A stretch of 64,000 bases of DNA. It comes from Squalus acanthias. Taxonomy: Eukaryota. Each line of letters begins with the position of its first letter. Position 1 is the stretch's first letter. Below the pieces are notes generated by a model that searched no databases, was not told the DNA's origin, and worked only from the letters and a program-made list of their open reading frames with translations. Position numbers and translations under genes: made by a program. Below are positions 36,627 to 46,849 of this stretch, piece by piece. The stretch is from NCBI GenBank assembly GCA_030390025.1, contig CM059432.1, positions 115,756,001-115,820,000 on the forward strand. The letters are read 5' to 3'.

Positions 36627-39600
36627 CCCCACAGGAAAAGTGGCCCTAACGTGGCTAATAAGAGAAGTTAAAGATAGTATTAGATCCAAAGAAGAGGCTT
36701 ATAATGTTGCCAAAAAGAGCAGTAAGTCTGAGAATTGGGAGGATTTTAGAATTCAGCAAAGGAGGACCAAGAAATTGATAAAGAAAGTGAAAATAGAATA
36801 TGAGTAAACTAGCGAGAAACATAAAAACAGACTGTAAAAGCTTCTAGAGGTATGTAAAAAGGAAAAGATTAGCGAAAGTAAATGTGGGTCCATTACAGGC
36901 TGAGAAAGCAGAAGTTATAATGGGGAATAAAGAAATGGCATTGAAATTAAACAAATACTTTGGCCGCAAATTTAATAGTGCTCAGGGGGCAGGTTTGGAG
37001 GCAGGTCCGCTGTCAAAATAGCAAAGATTGACAGCAGGTAGGAAACCCGCTGTCAACCCGCCTCCACGCGAGGCTCCCAGGTGTTGGGTCTGTCAGCGGA
37101 GAACTGACCCGACACCAAGCGGCGGGGGAGACAATTCAGCTACTTAAATGGCTTGTTAAGAGCCAATTTAAGACTATTTTGAGGCTTACTTCTAATTTTA
37201 CGTTCTCCCCCACGGGTTACCTGCTGTTCGGGGAACATGCTAGCTCAACCTGGTGTGTTTTGAGTCTGCTCTGATGTTTGTGAGAAGCTGACAGCTGCAG
37301 AAGTGGTATAAAGGATGCCATGTTGCAGATGGTGAGTTTCAGAGCGCAGAAAATGTTGGTTACTGCATTTTTAATATAGAGATTTCTTTAGCTTACAAGC
37401 TTTTAGATCCAACTGTACGTCCAGTGCCACCTCATTGGGAGAACCTCTCTCACCATTGACAGATCGCTTCTGTCATCTCACCTGTAGTTGCCATCTATTG
37501 CAGCAACATCAGAGCCATTGAAACAATCAGACCTTGGTCCTCCGAATCCTTCCACGATCAGCCCCAACACCAACATCACCAGGCACACCAACATCACCAA
37601 CCTTCTCCGCCATCACCTGATGCTGCACTCGACACAGGGCATCAGCCCCAGACAACATTGCTGCCCGGGAGGCCAGCGATGGCATCACCATGGCCAGATT
37701 TCCTTCACTTGACGCTTTAAACCCTGGCTGCCACACGATGCGCCAGGTTGACACCATCCCACACCAGCAGCGTGAAGCATCCCTTTAATGTCCAAGCCAT
37801 TCCATGCACACACATCACTATAGCGGGGGTGGGGTTATGATTAAACAATCACTGGAACTCAGTAAGACACTTCTCAAGGTGTGCTCAGATCTGTCCAATA
37901 AGGGGCAGTTTTGGAAAAAGAGATTTCACTGTATGACAGCACATTACCAGAAACTTCACACGGACATTGGCTAAGCCTCAAGTGCCTACTCTTGTGGGTT
38001 GTTAGTTGGTATGCTTGCAGTAGGATAAGGGTGAGTGTGAGGTGTGACTAGTGAGATGGGAAAGTGAGAGAGTAGATAGAGAGGGTTGGGCGGAGATGCA
38101 AGGTAAGTTGGTGTCCTGGGGAGGTCTCTTCCACCCTTGGAAAGGAAGAGAACCTCCCTGCGTGCTGTGACTCCCTCCATAAGCATATGGAGGGAGTCAT
38201 TGGAGAGCCTGGGTGCAAGCGTTCACCTTTGTGCAGTGATTGTCAGTGTTTGCAGCTTCTCAATTATGTCAATCTCAATCATCAAATGACATCATCAGAC
38301 CAGCTTCCTGTTAATTGGCCGGGAAGCCCACAGGGCGGGCTTAACAAGGCCAATCAAGGGAAAATCATGTCTACAGAGCGGATGCGGCTGGGAGCGGGAC
38401 CGTAACCAGGAAACCAGTTCTCCCGCCACCATCCCGCCTCCTCCATTAAAATCGCGGCCTTTGTGTCAGTGTTCACGGAAGACGACGCAAAAAGACGCAA
38501 AAAACTTCCCGGGAATAGTAGAGAACCAGAATGAGGAACTGAAAGAAATTAGCATTAGTAAAATAAATAGTACTGGAGAAATTAATGGGACTGAAAGCTG
38601 ATAAATCCCCTGGACCTGATGGCCTACATCCTAGGGTTTTGAAAGAGGTGGCTATAGAGATAGTGGATGCATTGAGTGTCATTCTCCAAAATTCCATAGA
38701 TTCTAGAACTGTTCCCGCAGATTGGAAGGTAGCAAATATAACCCCACTATTTAAGAAAGGAGGGAGAGAGAAAATGGGGAACTACAGACCAGTTAGCCTG
38801 ACATCAGTAGCAGGGAAAATGCTAGAATCTATTATTAAGGACATGGTAACAAGGCACTTAGGAAAAAAATAGGATTGGGCAAAGTCAACACGGATTTATG
38901 GAAGAGAAGTCGTGTTTGACAAATCTGAAGAGTTTTCTGAGGTTGTAACTTGCAGAATAGATAAGGGGGAACCAGTGGATGTGGTGTATTTGGATTTTCA
39001 GAAGGCATTCGCTAAGGTGCCACACAAGAGGTTATTAAACAAAATGAGGGCTCATGTGATTGGGGGTAATATACTAACATGGATTGAGGATTGGTTAACG
39101 GACAGAAAACAGAGAGTAGGAATAAACGGGTCAATTTTCGGGTTGGCAGGCTGTAACTAGTGGGGTACCGCAAGGATCAGTGCTTGGGCCTCAGCTATTC
39201 ACAATCTACATCAATGATTTGGATGAGGGGACCAAATGTAATATATATCCAAGTTTGCTGATGATACAAAGCTGGGTGGGAATGTAAGTTGTGAGGAGGA
39301 TGCAAAGAAGCTTCAAGGGGATATAGACAAGCTAACTGAGTGGGCAAGAACATGGCAAATGGAATATAATGTGGAGAAATGTGAAGTTATCCACTTTGGT
39401 AGGAAAAATAGAAAAGCAGAGTATTTTTTAAATGGTGAGAGATTGGGAAATGTTGGTGTTCAGAGGGACCTGGGTGTCCTTGTACACGAATCACTGAAAG
39501 TTAACATGCAGGTACAGCAAGCAATTAGGAAAGCAAATGGTATGTTGGCCTTTATTACAAGAGGATTTGAGTATAAGAGTAAAGACATTTTACTGCAATT

Positions 39601-40180
39601 ATATAGGGCCCTGGTGAGACCGCACCTGGCGTATTGTGTAGAGTTTTGGTCTCCTTACCTAAGGAAGGATATACTTGCCATAGAGGGAGTGCAACAAAGG
39701 TTCACCAGACTGGTTCCTGGGATGGAGGGATTGTCCTATGAGGAGGGATTGAGTAGACTAGGCCTATATTCTCTAGAGTTTAGAAGAATGAGAGGTGATC
39801 TCATTGAAACATACAAAATTCCTACAGGACTTGACAGGGTAGATGCAGGGAGGATGTTTCCCCTGGCTGGGGAGTCTAGAACCAGGGGTCACAGGCTCAG
39901 AATAAGGGGTTGGCCATTTAGGACTGAGATGAGGAGAATTTTCTTCACTCAGAGGGTGGTGAATCTTTGGAATTCTCTACCCCAGAAGGCTGTGGAGGCT
40001 CAGTCATTGAGTATATTCAAGACAGAGATCGATAGATTTTTGAACATTAAGGGACTCAAGGGATATGGGGATAGTGCAGGAAAGTGGAGATGAGGTAGAT
40101 CATCAGCCATGATCTTATTGAATGGCGGAGCAGGCTCGAGGGGCCAATGGCCTACTCCTGCTCCTATTTCTTATGTTCTT
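36627..40180 (+). mobile_element. CR1 LINE ORF2 and tail, split by a Harbinger deletion derivative
   Basis: ORFs 38585-38872, 38912-39160, 39359-40093; AAATACTTT|GTGTCAG junction is restored when the insert is removed. Confidence 0.92.
36962..38459. mobile_element. Internally deleted Harbinger transposon (about 1.5 kb)
   Basis: TIRs GGCCGCAAATTTAAT / ATTAAAATCGCGGCC; TSD TTT (36959-36961, 38460-38462); Myb/SANT-like remnant LMEGVTARREVLF on - at about 38140-38186. Confidence 0.82.
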
Positions 40181-41611
40181 AAAGACAAGTTAACAGTCTC
40201 CTTTTCGAGGGAGAGTTTGCAATCCCTAGAGTTTCTCAAGGGCATGTGATTACAACTTTGAAGTACACAAGCAGGATGTGTTGTGGTGCATCAGAGCACA
40301 CGGTGATGTTGCTCAATGGTTTACTCATTTGCTCAAAGGGGATGGTCATCCTTACTATGGAGAAACAGGCACTTCAACTAAAATACACAACTTTGCTCAA
40401 TTGCAAAAAGTGTGCTACGACCCACAGGAGTGCAAAATTAACAATGTGAAAAACACTCTTCAATTTGTTAATTTTTTAAAATGCAATAGCGAAAACATCA
40501 TAACATTTTCACAAGAGCTTTAATAAATCCTTAGATTCATTGTAATTCTTTTTCCTTCGTGGTAAACAGCATAACAGTATGAATACATTTTTTAACACGT
40601 TATCTAAGAAGTGCTACCATAATCTTAAGAGTCACTCTTGGCAATGTTTTGATAAATGACAAAATTAAAATGTAAGTGCTCATGAATAGGCAATTTTGCA
40701 TTCTCTTCTCACTTCATCCTTCCCACGCAGCTAACTTGCTCAAGTTTAGCACAGCTGACACATGGTTTCACACCGTCCATGGGGATTAAGTAAAGTCTAT
40801 TTTAATATTCCTAACAGAATGAGGCGACTTGAAAACAGATGAATCAGAATTGAGGAGAGTTAGCAGGTGGTTAAAAATGAGGCACCTTCACAATTCATTT
40901 CAAATGAAGATGTTTTAAATGCTGTATTTAAATTTCACACGAATGAAAGGCTGAAGGATCCAAAATTAAATATTTAGATGGACTTCCCGGTGTGGTGACA
41001 CAGTTACTATACAGGGTCGAGACAATGGTTTGTGTCTGCGATGCCCTGGCACGCAGAGTTTCTTATCTCAGCGTGCCTCCATAATTAAGTCATTAAATGA
41101 AGCACAAGTGCTTTCCAACAGAGGAGGAAAGAATATTTCAAGAGTTATCCAGACTTCTTGCACATATCCTGATGGACAGTATCTGGAGGATGGAGGACAG
41201 CCAGCAAGTTGGCACTCTCTCAGCTGCAGATAGTTTGAGTGGGGGAGAACAACAGAAAACTCCAAATCCCTTAAAGAGAGGAGCTTCATCGGTCACTCAC
41301 TTACTTATCTAACAGTAAATCAACACTCGATGCATTACACAACTTCTAATGAAAACATCTGTTCTACACTTATTACTGAGCCATAATGTTTGCAACTTCA
41401 TAATTGACCTTTCCACAATGAAAGCCAGCATTCTGATCTGTAATTGACCCAAGCATTCATTAAGACTGCAGATCAATTACACTTCATAAAAGGACACCTG
41501 TAATTTAAGCAGAAGAATAATACGATGTATTTTACACAGAACAATATTTCTGTTATAAAACACTCTATCCTCAGAGGTACCGAGAGTATAGTCACAGGAG
41601 ATTTACTATTA

Positions 41612-41880
41612 TATAGAATTTACAGCACAGAAACAGGCCATTCGGCCCAACTGGTCTGTGCCAGTGTTTATGGTCCACACGAGCCTCCTCCCATCTTACA
41701 TCACTAACCCCATCAGCATATCCTTCTATTCCTTTCTCCTTCATGTGTTTATCTTACTTCCCCTTAAATGTATCTTTGTTATTCACCTCAACCACTCCAT
41801 GTGGTAGCAAGATCCACATTCTAACCACTCTCTGGGTAAAGAAGTTTCTCCTGAATTCCTTATTGGATCCATCTGTGACT
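41612..41880 (-). mobile_element. CR1 3' end
   Basis: EFRRNFFTQRVVRMW; tail like 31080-31330. Confidence 0.8.
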
Positions 41881-43012
41881 GTATTTGAGAGAGAGTTTTC
41901 TCTCTTTTTACCCATCCTTTCTGATGAAAACAATATGTCACATGCTTCTTGTCTAACACATCTCACTTCCTGTGGCCACAATTAATTATTGGACAATTTA
42001 TTCTACTTGTCCTATCACACTTAAAAGCAAAATTCTTTTGCCTGGTTACCAGACATCACACTGCTGACGCCACACTTTGTTATAAATGCAAAACATTAAA
42101 AAAGGGTGAAGTTACTTAAAGCTGTTTCTGACCTAGAGCAGAAACTGGCAAGTACTTTCAATCTGAGTGAACAGCAATTAAACTCAAGTACCCGAAGCTT
42201 GCGTTTACTTAATACAGATTCTGTGGCCTTACATGTTTTAAATAAAAGACAGCCATTCCAGACTGTAGCTGATCCAAATAATGATTGAAGAATTCTGAGC
42301 AATTACATCCTGTATCCTTGAAGGGATATACGTTACATTTTGAAGAACACACCATGTGTTACATGGTATAATGCTCTTATACCTATATAACAAACAGTGC
42401 AGCACTACAGGAAATTCAATATAATAAAGACACATTTTCTCCATCACACTCCAGAAATCACACTTTGCTACTGATGCAAAACAAGCTTAAAATGGGTGCT
42501 CCTGACCTGCAGCCTAAAACTGGCAAAGACTTTTCAATCGGCAAAGTTACCCGATCAAAGAATAATTGAGACTCCATCAGACTTTGTAACTTTAAGGGAC
42601 ACAACTCCACTATAGCAGAATAACACATTGTGTATTACATTCTATGATCTCACTCATTGTGATCAATGCCACCGAAGATGTGCTGATTTCTTTTTAAAAT
42701 CACAAAAATTACAACAAAGGATGACCAATAGAAAACCAAAAGCACGGATTACTAATACTTTCATCACAATTTCATTTGCATTGGACCTCAGACTTAAAAT
42801 ACAAGGTACAGCCTACTGGCTGCAAATATATTAACAAGGGTGCACATGGATTGTAGGTAAAGGTGGGAACAGTAATCTGTACCAGTACCAATTAAGTAAA
42901 GAACTTTCATAATGTGAGTTCCATGCATTCATAGGCTATGTTTACTATTGGTCCATCTTTAGTTTTGATATGTACATGTAGAAATACATATACACAACAT
43001 AAATAAAACATA

Positions 43013-43232
43013 AATAACAGAAAACGCTGGAAAAACTCAGCAGGCCAGGCAGCATCCGTGGAGAGAGAAACAGAGTTAACGTATCAGGTCGAAGACCTTT
43101 CGTCAGACGAAAGGTCTTCGACCTGAAACGTTAACTCTGTTTCTCTCTCCACGGATGCTGCCTGGCCTGCTGAGTTTTTCCAGCGTTTTCTGTTGTTATT
43201 TCGGATTTCCAGCATCCGCAGTATTTTGCTAT
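43013..43232. mobile_element. Head-to-head inverted Penelope pLTR fragments (palindrome)
   Basis: Arms 43016-43104 and 43106-43194, one mismatch; 15-bp TSD CATAAATAAAACATA (42998-43012, 43233-43247). Confidence 0.88.
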
Positions 43233-43248
43233 CATAAATAAAACATAC

Positions 43249-43437
43249 CTCCATTGCAACCGCAGCACTGTCCTGGTCATAGTGTTCCAACTTATTGGGG
43301 AAAAACGTCATGTTGTATGGCAGACCGTCACACCGGTGGATGGTTATGGGCTCACAAGTGAAAAGACTGTGACCCTGGGTCAAACGCACCACCAGCAGGA
43401 CTAACAGACAAACGAAGAGGTGCGCTGAACCTTTCAT
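43249..43437 (-). CDS. FZD6: Frizzled-6, first coding exon (signal peptide and N-terminal part of the CRD), 63 codons
   Basis: [73 protein letters not shown] and YNMTFFPN match FZD6 rather than FZD3 (HSLFSCEPIT, YNTTFMPN); phase-0 donor GAG|GTATGT; Kozak ACAATGA. Confidence 0.9.
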
Positions 43438-43677
43438 TGTGGGACTGTAATTGAAGAACTTTGGTTACAGAGCTATTGACACATTGATCCAACTCCAAGT
43501 GTCAAGAAACAGCAGCAGTCTTTATCCACGCTCGATAGTGAGCCGCATTCTTTATTCTGCTTGTAGATTGCATTAACAGTACTGATTAATGCAAACTGCT
43601 TTTGCATCAATAGAATGCTTCTGAAGTAATGCAATTCCAAAAGTTCATCTTCTATTCATCAAACTTAAAAATGAATG
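43438..43677 (-). other. FZD6: FZD6 5' UTR portion of the first coding exon
   Basis: Upstream acceptor CTAAC..TATTTTCTTTCCAG| with AG at 43679-43678. Confidence 0.65.
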
Positions 43678-44639
43678 CTGGAAAGAAAATATTTGCAGTT
43701 AGTGCACTAAAAACATTTTAATTCTGCATACTCATACCACAGTTTATCATTTGCTAATTAACATAGATATCACTTCCAAATAAAGTGTTCGCACATGAAA
43801 CTGCTTCCCTGAAGGAAATGTTTCCAGCAGAACTGCAGGCATAGGGAGAGAATATAGAATAGGACTTCAAACTAAACCAGGTGAGTGGCAGCAGAATGTA
43901 TACACTTTAAATTAATACAAAGTACGTTTAAAACAGATATTACAAAAAACTTTTTTACTCAAATAAGAAATGCTTGGAATCAATTGGCAAACACACTATG
44001 GACGCTCAAAGTATGGGAGTTTAGAGTACTAAGAAGATGGGCTTCAGCGAGCTAACTAGCTTTTTCACGGCTGCCTTTGATTTTTCACAAATATTCTGAA
44101 AACAGCAGTGATTTGACCTTTACATTTAAGGGACGCATTTGATGTTGACATTACTTTTTAAAAAAGAGATGACTAGTGTGTACCATCAGCATTTCTCCAC
44201 ACTTCAAAAAGCCCACCCCACAATTTCTCCAGGCACATGAAAGAAATGATTGGCATTAGCTGCAGGTAGAAGAAACTTTTCAAAAAACAATGTTTTGTCT
44301 GTCTCCTCCACCACCGACGAGGAGGAAGTTACAGTGCATTCGGAGGACTGCGGGACTTTTCACACTTCTGCAAAGAAGCAACAGGGGAAGAGAAAGCCTT
44401 CACCACCATGGCTGCAAGAAAGTTGTGAGTGCAGGGGAAGTGCAATCACCAACACCCCCGTTCAGTGAGCACCATGAGGCTGCGCTTTAAACCGAACCCA
44501 CTGCGGTGCCCAGGAGCAGCTCTGTTTTTTCCGCATGCTTCTCCAACACACACAGTTTGCAAGGATTATTTGCAGAGCTGCTCTGCTCGGCCCAAGGGCA
44601 GGGCCCAACTTTACCCAAACACAGCACCGATTATTATCC

Positions 44640-45050
44640 TCCCTCCCTCCCTCGTCTCAGCAACGCGATCACCTTATAATCCCCCTTCGGGCCGAACCCT
44701 CCGCAAGGAGCAGCGCGGCTCCGTCCGGGCCCTGCGAGAGACTACCAGAGAGAGGCCGGCAATCACACACAGGTTTGTTGGTGGGGTGCGGGGGGTTTCT
44801 GCAAAGGAGGAAACCGAGCTGCAGACGCGCCTTCTGCTCCGGTGCTGTTGCTGCCTCTCCGACCTGTTGCTTCCTGCGCGCGGCGGCGGCTGCACTTTGT
44901 GTGAATGGAAATGGAACCCAGCCCGGATCAGAGCCACGCCCCCTTTTCCCGGGACCGACACCCTGGCAAAACCCGGCTGCTGCACTCTAGCGCTACAGGT
45001 GTGCCCCCCACTGCCAGGGCACCTACTTGCACTCCACGCAACTCTCTTTC
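44640..45050 (-). promoter_or_regulatory. FZD6: CpG island: probable FZD6 promoter and non-coding exon 1
   Basis: Non-repetitive GC/CpG-rich tract about 1 kb upstream of the coding exon; Sp/KLF site GCCACGCCCCC near 44933; candidate donor AAG|GTGATC at 44673/44672. Confidence 0.65.
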
Positions 45051-45102
45051 TTGTTCATTTCGGTGACTGGTGGCCCTGCTGTCTATATGCAACTTCTTTT
45101 GT

Positions 45103-45502
45103 AGTGTCAGCCAGTGGCTCAGTGGGTAGCACACTTGCCTCTGAGTCAGAAGGTTGTGGGTTCCTGGCACTCCCAGTGCAGTGCTGAGGGAGTGCTGCAC
45201 TGTCTTTCGGATGAGACGTTAAACCGAGGCCCCGTCTGCTCTCTCAGGTGGACGTAAAAGATCCCGCAGCACTATTTCGAAGAAGAGCAGGGGAGTTATC
45301 CCCAGTATTTATCCCTCAATCAACATAACAAGAACAGTTTACCTGGTTGTTATCTATCACATTGCTGTATGTGGGAGTTTGCTGTGTGCGGATTAGCTGC
45401 CCCGTTTCCCACATTACAACAGTGACTACACTTCAAAAGTACTTCATTGGCTGTAAAGCACTTTGCGACGTCCGGTGGTCGTGAAAGTGCAAGTCATTCT
45501 TT
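45103..45502 (+). mobile_element. Deu-domain tRNA SINE (same family as 2269-2740), internally deleted
   Basis: Near-identical head and core (TCTTTCGGATGAGACGTTAAACCGAGGCCCCGTCTG); B-box region deleted. Confidence 0.85.
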
Positions 45503-45555
45503 AATTTCTGTAATAGATGGTTGGTGCCATCACCAAATAAGAGGTACCAATGACA

Positions 45556-45792
45556 AAAACAAAATACTGCTGAAGCTGGAAATCTTGAAATAAAAACAGA
45601 AAATACTGGAAATACTCAGCAAGTCAGGCAGCATCTGTGGAGAGAGAAAGAGAGTTAATGTTTCAGGTCGATGACCCTTCGTCAGAACTGGAAAATGATG
45701 GAGATGTAACAGGTTTTTAAGCAAGTGTAGGGGCAGGGAGGGGAGGAAAGAACAAAAGGGAAGGTCTGTGATAGGGTGGAAGGCAGGAGAAG
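45556..45792 (-). mobile_element. Penelope-like 3' module with hammerhead motif (45653-45689; stem III ACGU changed to ACAU)
   Basis: Same module as at 618 and 17290. Confidence 0.8.
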
Positions 45793-45933
45793 AGGTAGCA
45801 TGTACCCACCTTTTTAAAGTGTCTCCTACAATCCTTTTGTTAATTTCGGTAATTGATGGCTGGTGCCATCACCAATTAGCAGGTAGCATGTGCCCCCCTC
45901 CCCCACCCCATTCCCCCACGTCTTACAGTAAGA

Positions 45934-46004
45934 GCTGGATAGCTGTCAGTAGAGCATAAGTGTTTTTTAATCAGAGGGTCCAGGGTTCAAGTCCCTGTTC
46001 GGGC
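45934..46004 (+). pseudogene. tRNA-Lys(UUU) pseudogene / tRNA-derived sequence
   Basis: GGATAGCT..AGTAGAGCAT..TTTTAATCAGAGGGTCCAGGGTTCAAGTCCCTGTTCGGGC; 3' half matches vertebrate tRNA-Lys3, D arm, acceptor and anticodon stems damaged. Confidence 0.82.
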
Positions 46005-46013
46005 TCAGCTTTT

Positions 46014-46273
46014 AAGGATTAGAGGGGAGTTGAGGAAAACTTTTTTCACCCAGAGGGTGGTGGGGGTCTGGAATTCACTGCCTGAAAGGGTGGTAGAGGC
46101 AGAAACCCTCATCGCATTTAAAAAGTACTTGGATATGCACTTGAACTGCTGTAACCTACAGGGCCACGGACCAAGAGCTGGAAAGTGGGATTAGGCTGGA
46201 TAGCTCTTTTTCAGCCGGCGCAGACATGATGGGCTGAATGGCCTCCTTCTGTGCTGTAAATTTCTATGATTCT
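46014..46273 (+). mobile_element. CR1 3' end
   Basis: TTTTTCACCCAGAGGGTGGTG..TGGAATTCACTGCCTG; tail TTTCTATGATTCT. Confidence 0.85.
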
Positions 46274-46319
46274 AAAGGGGCACAATCAATAAAACTGTAA
46301 CTTAATCTAAATTTAAACA

Positions 46320-46550
46320 AATTAAATCAAAATTCTGTTTTGGAGGGTGATGATACGCTCCAGTCCCTCCGGTGCCCACCGGTCGCGGAAAGCCTCGAGC
46401 CTGCTGGCGGACACCGCGTGCTCCATCTCCAGGGACACCTGGGCGCGAACGTAGCTGTGGAAGAGAGGCAGGCAGTCGGGCCGAACGGCCCCCTCGACCG
46501 CCCGCTGCCTGGACCTGTTGATGGCCACCCTGGTCAGGCCCAGGAGCAGC
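46320..46550 (-). mobile_element. Tx1/L1-group LINE 3' fragment
   Basis: LLLGLTRVAINRSRQRAVEG..RAQVSLEMEHAVS..LEAFRDRWAP resembles the Tx1 ORF2 C-terminus. Confidence 0.65.
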
Positions 46551-46849
46551 ACAGCTTATGCAAAACGGACAGAGAGAAAACGGTCAGCTCCCATCAATGT
46601 TTATCCTATCCTACCTCATGTGCTGTTAACTCCCGGGAGAGGCCAATTTCAGAAAAAAAAACTGGGAAAATTCTCTCCAACTCCATAATGTAATCATGCA
46701 AGATCCAGTAGACATTAGTTACCCATAATGGATCACTCCACAATCTTAGCAGACAACAACCGCCCTTCCCCATCCATACTCCCCATTGCCCTCCTCCCTC
46801 AGGAATTTTAGCAAGTCCCTTCTTAAAAGGCTAAACTGTACAGATATTC

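Noticed and set aside
43084..43248. C-terminal part of the 117-aa ORF as FZD6 coding sequence
   Set aside because: It is read-through past the GT donor into intron and Penelope sequence; Frizzled similarity stops at AME
43249..43437. FZD3 instead of FZD6
   Set aside because: Diagnostic residues ([15 protein letters not shown]) match FZD6; some uncertainty remains with only one exon
44429..45187. 252-aa and overlapping ORFs in the CpG island
   Set aside because: Typical stop-poor GC-rich sequence; no recognisable domain; the frame runs into a SINE
45934..46004. Functional tRNA-Lys gene
   Set aside because: D arm deletion, broken acceptor stem and anticodon-arm indels
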